This document shows, in pieces, positions 37,371 through 49,673 of a stretch of 64,000 nucleotides of DNA; the stretch's first letter is position 1; each line of letters begins with the position of its first letter. Both the position numbers and the translations under genes were made by a program. Origin of the DNA: Rhizodiscina lignyota (lineage: Eukaryota); assembly GCA_010015805.1 (NCBI GenBank), contig ML978128.1, forward strand, positions 930,001 to 994,000. Direction: 5' to 3'. Under the pieces are notes generated by a model, which had not been told where the DNA came from, searched no databases, and saw only the letters and a program-made list of their open reading frames with translations.

Positions 37371-38061
37371 ATGCGTCTCCCATACATTCCATCGCAACCG
37401 ACATTTGAAAATGCATCAGACCAAGCGTTTCTCAAACGTCTCTTGAAAGCCCGAGGCGCCAATGGGCTTAGTTATCTGGATCGGGCTCTCCTATATTCAC
37501 CACCGCAGGCACGTGGCTTTCTGCAGTTCTTCACGGCAGTAAGAGGCAAAAGCACGCTCCCGGCGGATGCGATGGAGTTAGGCATGTGCAGAGTTGCTGC
37601 TTTGAATGGTGCGGCTTACGAGTGGATGCATCACGGCCCATTACTAAAGGCTGCTGGGCTCTCCGACGAAGCCGTCGAGACAGTAAGGAGCGCACCAGCT
37701 GGAACGCAAGGGAGCGAGGGCCAAGGTGGCTTGAGTTTGAGACTGTGGAAAATGCTTCGATACACCGATGCCATGACGAAGCAGGTTCACGTACCGGACG
37801 AAATATTTGAGGGTGTGAAGAGCGTGCTGAACGATCGTCAAGTAACTGAGCTAAGTGCGTCCTCTTCCCATTTTAGATTTTATTTTAGGAGACTGTAAGC
37901 TGATGCGCGACCGACGAATAGCCCTCGTTATTGCGGGCTACAACGCAGTATCCCGGTTCCTGGTGGCTATGGATGTTGCAGAGCTCAAAGATGTGGAGGT
38001 GGGCCAGGCAAAGCACATCGATGCAGATGCCGGCAAGGTGGTGGAGAAGTCGAAGCTGTAA
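37371..38061 (+). CDS. AhpD/carboxymuconolactone decarboxylase-like protein, peroxisomal
   Basis: MRLPY...LDRALLYSP...ELGMCRVAALNGAAYEWMHH...IAGYNAVSRFLVAMDV; intron 37855-37921; ends -SKL. Confidence 0.88.
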
Positions 38062-39250
38062 CTAGAAATTCATAAAATTTAAAGGTCGTATCATATTTCT
38101 TGTCGTAATCTCGCTACTTTGGAGCAAAGGTGCTTGACCTGGAGAACTACTCAATACAGTGTTTGAGTTGAACTTTCACTTCAAGCAGCGATTTGCACGT
38201 CGCGAGCAACCGACGTTGAGTCCGGCCTTATGTTGCCAATAAGGTGTAGTTATAATACGTGATATGAATGCTGGGCCCAAAACAGTCCATAGCATCGCCT
38301 CTCCGCTCGCCTAGAAAGAACGGTTGCAGAAGAAGAGGGGCGTTGTCGGCAAGTCCTTCTGTTGTATGTTCGTGTTGACGCGGAGGCCAGCTTCCAATCC
38401 GGCGAACTCGACCAATCGCTCAAGACTTTATGCTCATTCGATCCACAATCGCAGTATGTTGCAGCCGGATGCCCCTCTCGTTCTCCGAGACGGTCGGCAA
38501 GCTGTCGCGAAGTTGGCCAGTGAGATCGTCCAGCCGATTGTTTGGTATCGGGTCAGCGAGCCGAGCCCCTGGCGCTGATGACTAATATAGCTTAATTCAA
38601 CGAGACGAGACGACAGAAACTCCCTTTCCTTCATGTGATTTTTGATTATCGTTAATTTTCGGTGTTTTTGCACTTGGGAAAGTGAAATACCTGTCGGTAA
38701 TTATACATGATGGCCTGATAGTTTAGCCGGCTTCCTTTGGGACTGTTCCCCGCCCGTACAGAGCTTCGTCGTAGGACGGCCAGCTTTGGCGTATGCTGCT
38801 CGCTTAAGCATCCATTCGAGTCACTTGGTGACCCTTCTTCGGATACCGGGAGGTGACGTGTCATTGATCTTGATGTGAAGATACCTGTAAAGCACAATCG
38901 TAACTCGCTTCCGGATTAGCAGGAGCTGCGAGCACGGAAGGCTCTGCCAGAATGGGTGGGGTCATCTCAATCGATGCAGGTGCAGCAAAGAGAAGGAGCG
39001 CCCATAACTGTACGTCCTTCCTCTATTTCTGTTAATCACAATTGAAAAGAGAGTGGATTGAAGAAGGAAGTGTGAATAGGTATACACAATGGCAAATGGC
39101 GCTAAGGCCGAGCGAACACCCTCCGACGATTTCCGGTTCTTTCCCTATGTATTTCCTCCTCCGTCTTCCTCTTTTTCCTTATCACCCTTCAACACAGAAC
39201 TTCTGTTTCAAGCTGTCTACATAGCTTGGTACCGGAGCGAGAACATCGTG

Positions 39251-40792
39251 ATGTCGAGTCTAATCCCTATCGTCGTCCTCATAGGAGCATTGCTGTATCT
39301 TGTTCGTTGGTACACCACCCGGGATCGCCTTCCATTGCCACCTGGACCCCCAGCGCTGCCAATCATTGGGAACCTTCATCAAGCCCCGTCGAAACATGCC
39401 TGGCTTCAATTCCACGAATGGACAAAGCAATACGGACCAATCTTCAAGGTTCAATTCGGCAGAGACACAATCATCGTTCTTGGTGACTATTGGACAGCAC
39501 ACGAGCTCCTTAACCGGAGAAGTGCAAACTTCAGCTCGAGACCATGGAAGCCGTTTGCCGCTGACTGTCTGTATAAGGGACTCCACATTCTGCTCCGTCC
39601 ATATGATGCGCAGTACAAACTACACCAAAAGATGGAAGCGCCACTGCTGAATGCTGGGGTATCGCGATTGTATACACCAATCCAGGATCTCGAGAGCTGC
39701 CAGCTGGTCCAGGAACTATTCGAAAATACCGACTTTGCCTTCCTCCTGCACAGATTTGCCGCAAGCGTCGCCTATGCCCTGGTATTTGGTTTCCGAATCA
39801 GAACGGGCCATGAGCAAGAGATGGGGAAAGCCGAAATCGTCCTAGAAAGACTTGTGAAGGCCTTCAAGCCCGGCATGTGGATTGTCGACACGTTCCCGTT
39901 TCTCAATCGCCTCCCAGTGTGGCTAGCTCCGTGGAAACGTCTCGCGGAGGGATGGTATCAGTTCGAGGCTACACTCCACAAAAGCAACGTCAGAAAAGCT
40001 CTTGAAAGTCCCCACTGGAACTTTTCGAAGCATCTCTTCGGATGCAAGGAGGCTCAGGGAATGGATGAATTGGAGGTTGCGTTCAATGGTGGTATTCTGT
40101 CGGATGCTGCGATACACACTACCGGTCATACATTAGAGATGTTCGTAATGGTCACTGTGAATCATCCTGAACAGGCTCGCCTCGTACAGAACGAACTGGA
40201 CCATACTGTCGGCAGGGATCGATTACCGGATTCCGGAGATTCCGAAAAGCTTCCATACACTATGGCTTTCATCAACGAGGTTCTGCGTTGGAGGCCCATC
40301 GCCCCTGGCGGTGTACCGCATTCAAATCTTGAAGAGGACACATACATGGGCTATCGTATTCCCAAAGGCTCCGTGGTGTTCGGCTCAGCCTGGTCTATCC
40401 ACATGGATGAGAAGACGTACGGGGATCCAGAAGTCTTCCGCCCAGAACGATGGCTCGAGAATCCGGGCCTCCCAAGCGTTGCATTTGGCTTCGGTCGCCG
40501 AGCCTGTGCTGGTCAACATATCGCGCGGCAGTCTTTGTTCCTCGTCATCTCAAGGTTGCTCTGGGCATTCGATATTAAGAAGGCGCTAGACAAATTTGGC
40601 AATGAAGTCGATGTTGACGACATGGCATTGACGGATTATTTCACTGTCGGGCCAGAGCCTTTCAAAGCCCGATTCCTACCGCGAGACGAACGGGTGCAAA
40701 TGGTAATGCGTGAAAAGTGGGAAAAGTTGGAGAAGGACGTTGGTGTGATACTGGACTCTGCTAACGCAAGGGGAGATTTCGCACGAAAGTAA
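39251..40792 (+). CDS. Cytochrome P450 (OrdA/CYP64-clan-like), intronless
   Basis: N-terminal TM, PPGP..LPIIGNL, EVLR (ExxR), FRPERW, FGFGRRACAG heme motif; in-frame ATG also at 39089. Confidence 0.95.
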   Translation: MSSLIPIVVLIGALLYLVRWYTTRDRLPLPPGPPALPIIGNLHQAPSKHAWLQFHEWTKQYGPIFKVQFGRDTIIVLGDYWTAHELLNRRSANFSSRPWKPFAADCLYKGLHILLRPYDAQYKLHQKMEAPLLNAGVSRLYTPIQDLESCQLVQELFENTDFAFLLHRFAASVAYALVFGFRIRTGHEQEMGKAEIVLERLVKAFKPGMWIVDTFPFLNRLPVWLAPWKRLAEGWYQFEATLHKSNVRKALESPHWNFSKHLFGCKEAQGMDELEVAFNGGILSDAAIHTTGHTLEMFVMVTVNHPEQARLVQNELDHTVGRDRLPDSGDSEKLPYTMAFINEVLRWRPIAPGGVPHSNLEEDTYMGYRIPKGSVVFGSAWSIHMDEKTYGDPEVFRPERWLENPGLPSVAFGFGRRACAGQHIARQSLFLVISRLLWAFDIKKALDKFGNEVDVDDMALTDYFTVGPEPFKARFLPRDERVQMVMREKWEKLEKDVGVILDSANARGDFARK

Positions 40793-41094
40793 GTCATTGA
40801 GCCTCCGGTGCCGTACTATTTTCATTCCTTGATCGTCGAAGTCCCAAAGTCCCAAAAGTGTATCCAGTGGCTTCCAAGCCCACACCGTTATCCTTTCCAA
40901 TTGCTAATGCCGATGACAGGAGCAATGTGTAGCAGCATCAGGCGATCAACAGGGTGTCCATGTCCCCTCTACCTCAATCGCTGGAGATTCCTGAGTGATT
41001 GTGGGGCGTTATTTCATTCCTTCCATGCCCGTGCAGGCAGTGCATTTGCTCCAAAGCTGTAGCACGGTTTCCATATTTCTTAACTTATAGCTCT

Positions 41095-41688
41095 TCACGG
41101 GGCTGCAGGTACTGGTTCGGGAGCGACCACCCCTAGAAACCTCAGCGCCTCAAATCTGCTCGCCTTTTCACCGCGTTCCAGTAGAAAGACGACGATTCTT
41201 TGTGCCCCCTTCTCCAAGTCTTGCCAACGCACCGCTTCCACACTGTCCCCTAATGCCTCGATCAAAGCGGCGCCAATCCGTTCGTACTTGAGACCAAATT
41301 GTTGTATCGGACCAAGGTCGGGGGGAAGCCTGTGAGCCTTGAGCTTTCTGACCGCCACGAGCAATCGCCACAGGACCTTCAGAAGTCCGCCTCTGAGTCG
41401 CTTAGAGTATAAGTTCGCATCGCCGATGTTCGTCGTAGGTTTTGGAATGACTTCGTAGCGCGTCGTGACACCGTCAATGTGAGTCTGGATAACCTTTGGA
41501 TGTTCAGAGCTAGAGTTCCATTCGATCATGTCGCCAAAGTACCATAAGAGGAGGTAGTATGAGTCCACCAACTCCTGCAGATAGTTCGTAAAGTCGTTTC
41601 TAGTCAGAGAATATTGCAGAACGTTGATTGAGTGCGCTCCATGTCGAGCGATGGACGTGCGGCCGTAATCAATCTCCTCGGGCTCCAT
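41095..41688 (-). CDS. Orphan helical protein (197 aa)
   Basis: ATG-initiated intronless ORF with protein-like composition; no recognisable motif. Confidence 0.6.
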   Translation of the reverse strand: MEPEEIDYGRTSIARHGAHSINVLQYSLTRNDFTNYLQELVDSYYLLLWYFGDMIEWNSSSEHPKVIQTHIDGVTTRYEVIPKPTTNIGDANLYSKRLRGGLLKVLWRLLVAVRKLKAHRLPPDLGPIQQFGLKYERIGAALIEALGDSVEAVRWQDLEKGAQRIVVFLLERGEKASRFEALRFLGVVAPEPVPAAP

Positions 41689-43227
41689 GATTAGGTTTTC
41701 TGTTGAAAGAGCATCGAAGTTTGGTGTGGTGTTTTGGTAAAGCTTGCTGGCGCGCTGGCAGAATACCTAAGCTTGCCCGGCGCGCCGCCGCTAGCCGCCG
41801 CCTGTCGGGTGTTAGGTTATTAATGTTCTTAAGTATATATTCAGTTTTCAAATATGCTTCCCCGTCGATGACCTGCCGCTGTGGCATAGCGGCAGCGAGA
41901 CACCAATTAAATAAAGGTGCGCCTATAGCCCCTTTCATACAGTACTAACACTTGATCTAGATCGGCCAAAATAAAATACTAAATACCAAAAAAACCAGGT
42001 GATGCTGGTTCAACTGCACCTTCCTCCCTCCTAATCTGAAAGATTGGGAGTGGAAGGTGGTGTAGATTTTTTGCTCTTTACTGCAAAGAGTTCGATTCTG
42101 GAAGACATCATCTTTTTTTTTTCAACTATTCCTCTATTCGCTGAACACATTACCAGTGCTATAAACCTCTTTTATTTTATTTTAATGAAAGTGATTCAAT
42201 TTAGATCCTCCAGCAATCGCAATAATGGTCAACATGGCTGTACTTGGGCATAATGGCAAATGGGGTTGTTGGTTCATACTATCAATGACATAGCGCGCTC
42301 TACCCATCCAGTGGGCTGCAATAAATCCATATCAAACATTGCTCGGTAACACAGCAGGACGAAGCACGAACCTGATTATGTCTAATGCCTGGAAGAGCAA
42401 TACGACTGTTGGGCAGAGAAAACGCAAATAGCTTGACGCAGACTATTTGCCAGATCACTAAATTTTGGCCTTTGTAACGTAGGACACAGTACGCTATTTC
42501 TTATCCCAATCTTCGCCAAATCCCATCTTGTGCGGAGGCAAGCATCACCGCTACTTTCACGAAATGCCAAAATACAGGAGTGGTGTCCCCGAAGCCCCAG
42601 AAGATACTTTTTATGCGCCAACGGTGCAAAGCTTTGATATCCGACAATGACACGAAGGTAGATGCGGCGATATTGCGAGATGCTGCTGTCTGCGTCTGTG
42701 GTACTACCGACTTCGTGAAATAGAAGCCATAAATAGATGGCGCGGAAAGAGCATTATGATCTTATCGAAGAGTCTCAATGTTCGCGATGCTTTGGGCATG
42801 CACAACTTGGTAAACGAGAAGGAGCTTCAAGACTGCGTCAAAGAGTACAAAGGAGCAGCGAGGTTTCCCTGGGCAGCCAATAAGAGATTGTCATTTAATC
42901 TTGTTAGGGCTGCAGATATTCATTCACTGCTTGGGACTGGTATCGATGTGGGTGGGAGAGTCATCTTTGATGGGCCAATTTCTCGAATCATTTGTACGCA
43001 GCTGTGCTCAGGCAACGGAGCCTATCTACGGGCATTCCAATGCCCCACAAGTGAACAAAAAGGGAGGGCAGCAGCGTGTTGTGTCACAAGTGCCATTTAA
43101 GACATGTTCAGCGCAGATAATGGTAGATAGATTAGTCATATCATAAACATTGACTGCGCTTGCAGCATCAATTCATAATTTTTCGTCCTCATCTGAATCA
43201 TAGCTTCGTCAACCGATCAAGAGCCAG

Positions 43228-46200
43228 TCACGTAGTATACCCATTAACCTCCAGCCACTCCTTCAAAACCGCCGCATCCCTTTCCCTGTAGCCTGCCGCT
43301 CCACTGATCGTGTCCAGAATCACGGCCAAGCCCCTGTCGAAGCCCTTGCAGTCCTTATCCGCGTAGAAGTTCTTGATGTCCTCCATCTTCTCGCGACTCG
43401 CAAATTTGTTGAGGCCGACGCGCAAGAAGCGCTCGAGTACCACCATGTTGCCGCTCAGCTCCTTGTACACCATGTCCCAGTTGTTTTTGGTAAACTCCCA
43501 CACTGCATCGCGGACCTTTGAATTCGCAGCGAGCGCAACGGCAGGGGTGTGGCGGTCTTGCACCTTCACTTTCTCCGTAAAGGCGAAGTTCAGTAAGTCC
43601 GTCGCGAGGTCTTGTGACTGCACCCTGCCCATCGAAGACAGAGCGATTTCGGCACCGTCGATGGTTGTCGTTGTGAGGAACTCCTTCTTAACAGCATCAT
43701 AGGCATCCTTGCCGCCTTCCTTGATGGCAATACGGAATACAGGGCCGCGGAGGGACGGGTGGATCGCAGACTTGTCGCCTCCAATATACGCGTCGAACAG
43801 GGCCTTTCCCTTCTTGATAACATCTTGGTGCCCTGTCACGCCAGCAGACGAAAGTACGAGCGCCCGAAGCTGGCCAGTCAGCAGGTCCTCGTTGGGCGGG
43901 AAATCCCAGCCTAAACGGTCAACGGCCGGGGTCGTGAGTATGAGAGTAAACTTTCGAAGACCTTTCGAAATTACTTCGTCATCGGCGAATACAGAGCGGA
44001 TATGGCCGAGCGCAGCCATCATTCCCTGCCATACGAGATAATTATCTTCGTCGGCGAATCCTTCGATGAGAGCGAGGAAACCAGCGGTCGTGCCATCCCC
44101 AGAGTTGGCAAGAGCGGCTGCATCACTGATCAGGCCGACTTTGTCCTCAATGCTGAGCTGCGACCGCGCAGCACCGAGCTTCGTCAGACGCGCAGGAGGA
44201 TAGTTCGTCCTGTAAAAGCCGGTCTGGTCCTTGTTGATTTTGTAGAAGGATTCGTCAACTTCGCGGATGGTCTCAGTCTTTGTCGTCAGTGCTGCAGATT
44301 TGCTGGCAGGAGATTTGGTGTCTAGACCAAGCGGTATCCACCATGTTGTCTCATCTTCTTCGGATTTGACATCGCCGGTTAACAAGAAGCGACGCTGCTC
44401 AACGCTTATCTGGCCAGGTTCTTCGGCCACAGTAACGACGGGGAATCCAATCTTCCGTATCCATGGATCCATCATACCGTTCACGTCTTGGTCAGATACG
44501 TCGCTAAGCGCTGACCAGAGATCGTTGGTTTTGGCATTACCGTACGCGTGTTTCTTCAGATAGTTAGAGACGCCGAGAAGGAAATCTTCGACACCCAGAT
44601 GCGAGCTGAGCATGCGAATAACCGCGCAACCTTTCAGGTATGAGATGGCATCGAATATCTGGTCGACCTCGAGGGCGTCGCGGACGGGGACTTCGATTGG
44701 GTGGGAGTTGCGGATAGAGTCGAGAGAAAAGGCTGTTTGAAGGGATTCAGACTAGATCGAAATGTGAGCGTCTGTATTGACGTTATGAAATACCTCTGTG
44801 CATTGAACGTACGACAAACTGTCCCCAGACTTTCCACTCTGTTGCTGTTGTCAGTAGACAGCATATTTGGGAGTAAAGACGTGCTCTTACCTGGATAGAG
44901 CGTGTCAATTGCGTACCATCCAACCCAGGTCGCGAAGCCCTCGTTCAGCCACAATTCGTTCCACCAATCCATCGTTACCAGATTGCCGAACCACTGGTGG
45001 GCAAGCTCATGAGCGACGACGTAGGCTACGCGAGTCTTGTATCTCTGGTCCGAAGACTTCTCGTCGAACAGTACCGCTGTGGTCCTGTATAGTCGTAAGA
45101 GTGCGTTCATTAAGCAAAGAGGATGGACATACCGATAAGTGACGAGACCCCAATTCTCCATGGCGCCGTGTGACTGGGAAGCACTGGTCAGCTACTGCAC
45201 ACGGTATGATGTCGTAGAAACACTTATAATGGGCTGTGCGAATCAGCGCTGGGCATGCCACATGTAGAGAATGTGTAACCCGGTGCTAGGAGAATTGCGC
45301 AAACTTACAAATTCATGGACGGCCAGCAGATCCGACTTTGGTAGTGGGAAGTCGATGCGGAATTTCTGGTTCCATAATCAGCACAGAATGTCCAACGCCA
45401 GCGCTCATATGTAACAAGTACCTCTGAGAACAGGTCGATGATCTTCCACGCATTTTCCAACGCGAATTGGCCCTGCTCCTTCAAGCCTCTTGTTGTGTAG
45501 ACCCTGACTGGTAGCGTCTTTCCATTGTACTTCCTCTCAGTATGAGCCTCAACGTACTCGAAATCTCCAAAGGCCCAGGCATAGAGGTATGTGCTCATGA
45601 TGGGGCTCTTCTCAAATGTGATAACTTTCCACTTGTGACCATAATCGCTTCGTGTCGACTGAGTCGTCTCCTTCTCAGGCATGTTCGAGAGTGCAGTCTG
45701 GTCTTCGGGAATCTCCATGGAGAGCTCGAACGACGCTTTCAGATTGGGTTCATCGAAACAGGGGAAAGCACGGCGCGCGTCGCAGGATTCAAATTGAGTA
45801 GAGAACATGTAGTGGTGCTCCTTGTCCTTCGCTACAGTGGGCAAGGGGTCGACTTTCGGGGTATAGCGAGAACGATAGAAGCCTGCCATGGACTAGAGAA
45901 GCAAATATTAGCATTATACCCTCTCCAATTCCGTATTTCCTCAATTGTATAGGGGAGAGATAGATCCCAACATACGTTGTTCATCGTTCCTTGGAACTTG
46001 ACCACCAACTCTGCGCTTTCAGTCGCAGGAAACTCCTGCTCGAACACCATTGTCGCTCTCTGCCTTGCCTCCTCATACTTGACGTTCGTAGTCTTGATTG
46101 AGCCCTCTGTCTTGCCTGACTCGGTCCTTAGCTCTGCCTCATGGATCTTCAATTGATGCGTGTTCAGCACAATCTCCTTGGAAGACTGCGTGACTGCTCC

Positions 46201-46374
46201 AGAGATCGTGACAGTGCCTTGATAGTCCCAATTTGGGGAGAAGTTGACGCTGTAGAGGGAGAGGTTATAGTTTGACGGCTTGAAGCTGTATTTTCGTTAG
46301 CTTTGGAGCTCCAGGGAGCTTTCAAGCATTGCGGTGACATACGTCGTTGGGAGCGTGTCCCGGTCTGAAGCCAT
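43228..46374 (-). CDS. M1 family alanine/arginine aminopeptidase (Ape2/Aap1-like)
   Basis: MASDRDTLP start; [37 protein letters not shown] zinc motif, SYLKG; ERAP1-like C-terminus; multiple introns. Confidence 0.95.
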
Positions 46375-46900
46375 ATTGTCGTGATTTATTCAAGGCTTTC
46401 AAGAAAGAAGGGAGAATCTAAAGGTTGAGGGATGCGGGACAGGTGGAAGTGATGTGCAATTGAGCTCTCAAGACGTAATTGAGCTCGCAAGAGAACGATT
46501 AATGTCTCCGACTCATCCCTGGGACCCTTTGTGGAGAATGCCCCGCGTGTGGGGCACACAAATAGGTGGAATCGTGAGGGATCCACACACTACTCGACCA
46601 GCTTCCTAATTTAGAGTGCGGCCAGTCAAATGATCTCTCAGAAATTGAGTCAAATAAATTCGTGAGAAGGAGAGCTCTGCAGAGCTTGACGAGAAGTTCA
46701 TTCCAAGGCCTCATTGTATGAGCCCAACGGAAATGGTCTCTTTCCGTCCTTGCCAGCTATTTGTACATGCATCTGATACGAAGCCTTAAAATCAGATCCA
46801 TGATATCGTATCGTGATGTTTCCAGCGCCATCCTATGCAGATGCAGAACACCAATGCTGCCCAAAGATAATCAAGTCGCCTTTCCCAAAACCATCCAATG

Positions 46901-47481
46901 CTACAGCCTGACGGTGACCCCCAGACAATCGATCCGTAGACCTGACCTCCATAATCTCCTTATCCACGATTCCCAGCTCGAACCACCTTCTTCCAGCCCT
47001 CGCCTTCCTGCTCCCAGCGCGGCGTCCATCGCCATTCCAGCCGTAGCGTTTACCACGCTTGTGAGTAGGGATACTGCGCCCTCCACCGCACTCGATACCA
47101 CGTCCTGCGTCGTGTTGCTCATGTCTGTTCCATTCTTGCCCGTTGACGTGGACATTGGTGATGGAGAGTACAGCGAGTATCGCGGCTCGAACCAGCTCCC
47201 GTCACCGCTAGCGCTGAAATCGAAAAGTGCTAAAACGAGGATCGCAAGGAGAAGAGAGCAGTATACACACGGCCGGTTGAGGACATAGGTCGCAGAGATG
47301 AAGAGTATGAGGTAGATGGGCGACGCATTTGTTCTTGTTGCGGTTAGTACAGGTATCCAGGTAAAATCGTCTTGACCGCAACGTAGGCAGTTGTGGTAGG
47401 ACAATGCGCACAGACGGAAATGGGAGAGGAAGGGGCTTACAAGAAGAAGAGAATCGGTATCCAAGAGCGTAAGCAGAACAT
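46901..47481 (-). CDS. BC10/BLCAP-family small membrane protein (157 aa)
   Basis: MFCLRSWIPILFFL|TNASPIYLILFISATYVLNRPCVYCSLLL; intron 47440-47334 with an AAG acceptor. Confidence 0.85.
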
Positions 47482-48092
47482 GTTGCTTTCGATATCACGC
47501 TATAAGAAGCGCCGACGCGACTGCGATCCGCACTCCCCCTGCCGGAATCGAGAGTGATGAAGATGAAAGCACCCTTGTCGAGTTTGGTAGTGGAAGATGA
47601 ACAGGCTCAAGGCGAAGTGTGAGATTCGGAATTTCGATCAGTCGTATGCGGAGATTACGAGGAGGGAAATGTTTTCGTGAGGGGTTGCGTGGAGTGTGCT
47701 GCGAGGTGCTGATGAATATGTTGCAAGCCCCGTTTTGTTCGAGGTCTCGATTCAGCTACGTCACATGTCAAAACCACACATAGTGTAGGTATCTATTTCC
47801 TCTCCGGGAATCAGAGGAAGAAGGAGCAAGGATGAGTGTTATTTGATCGAGAAATTTGGTTTTTAATATTCTGAATTATTATTCTTCACTCGCAAATATA
47901 GACAAATATAGACAAATGCCGACTTTTAGTCAAGCAGTCTGTATGTTACCCAACCTTAACAATTCCAATCCCCCGATGCGCCATTCGCCATGCTCACAGG
48001 AGATGCTCTGATAACTCCAAGGGCCCGTTCTTTTATCCGCCCAGTCCAGCCGAAACAATAAGCATACAAGCTCCCCAAACTACTAGGCCAAG

Positions 48093-48931
48093 TCACGCAG
48101 CCTTGGCCTCCTTCTTTGCAACCTTCTCGTGCGCCGCCTTCTCCGCCTGCCTCTCCTTCATGCGCTCCTCCTCAGCGGCGACCATGTCCATCCACTGATC
48201 CTCGCCGCTGTATCGCTCGTGATGTATCCTCTTCTCGATCAAGTGCTTGTGAGTTGGGTCGTTCGGGTCCAGAACCTTGACAGTCTCCCAGCGGCCTTGA
48301 CCTTTGTTGGCGTCACGGGCCTCAAGAGCGAATGAGCTGACAAGTACAGCAACTGTCAGACCCTGCGCATACACACGGGCTTGGACAAGTTTCTGTGCTC
48401 CAGTGAGGTAGGGGTTTCTTCCAACAAGGCCGAGGGCAATGCCCATACTCGCGACCCAAGAGGCAAAGATGATTGGATATCTGTTCGTGCTAATGTAGTC
48501 TTTCGTCCTTTCCCATGCTGGCTTAGCAGCCTCGATCTGTTCTTGCAGGGTCTCTTGTTTGTCGATGTACCGCCATTCCTCAGGATGCATATCTACTTGG
48601 AACTTGCGGGAGGCCCGATCGGCAGCGATAATGGCAGCGAAGGTTCCGACAGAGCAGCCAAGGAATGCTCGGAATTGGATTGTGAGTGATCGGAATGCCG
48701 GATAACGTTTGCTGGCGAGCCAGACACCTGCTGTGCCCAGCCCGATACCAAGGGCACCACCGAGGAGACCACCTTTGACAGTAGCACTATAGATAACGTT
48801 AGTGACTTGTTCATAGTACGAATGACTTCGCGATAAGACCTCACACGACGAGTGAGGTAGTTGCTAGGCCCTTTCGATCGGTGAACCTACTTGTAGTGCT
48901 GTGCCTCTTCTTCTTTCGAGATGATCTTCAT
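48093..48931 (-). CDS. RCF2: Respiratory supercomplex factor 2 (HIG1 domain)
   Basis: MKIISKEEEAQHY|..KGG..; NRYPIIFASWVASM, QKLVQARVYAQGLT; one intron. Confidence 0.9.
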
Positions 48932-49673
48932 GTTGTTGGGTGGGGTGACTTTGTTCTTTGAGATAGGGAGTCGGGTAGGATGTTCTGGATGGTCAATTGC
49001 TCAATGAATTGATGGATCCAATTGCTGGTGCACTGTGAAAGTGGTGAGTCTCTGGAGCGGCGTGGTGCTCTATATACTCGAGTGCATGCTGAGAAAGAAA
49101 GTCGCAGACTTCTCATCATAGCGTAATGGACGCTAGTCGAGACGCTGCTCGTCCCGTTTTGCGCCGGCGAAACAAACGTCACACACACGCGAGCACGGTG
49201 CGAGGCGCGGGAGCCCTACGCCTATCAGAGCTAGTGCCATCTAGATCCGAGCATTCACCGCGGAGGTATGCCGTCTCGCGCGAGTCCAGCTTTCGTCCCC
49301 GACTTTTCAGGCTCTCATCACTGCCCCAAGCCTTTGCGTCACTCGGCCGCCTCGTCCAGCGCTACCTGTATTCTTTCAACAAACGGCCACACCCGGCACT
49401 GCTACCTTTCGCCTTGCGAAATGAACACTCGGGCCTCGATACTCTCAGCTCCTTTCCCATCGGAAAGCCATTGAACGGCGGCCACCGCGTGCCGCAGCGG
49501 CATCCCGAGTGCGGCACGCCGCAATTCTCTCCTGTTGTCAGGAGACAGAAGGAACGATTAACAAGATGGACTCGTCTAGGTACGCAGCAGATGCGGCTCT
49601 GCGGCTTCTAGCGTGGACCACATATCATTACGTCCGTACTAAAAGCAAGATACCTACTACTTCTTCCAGAGTT

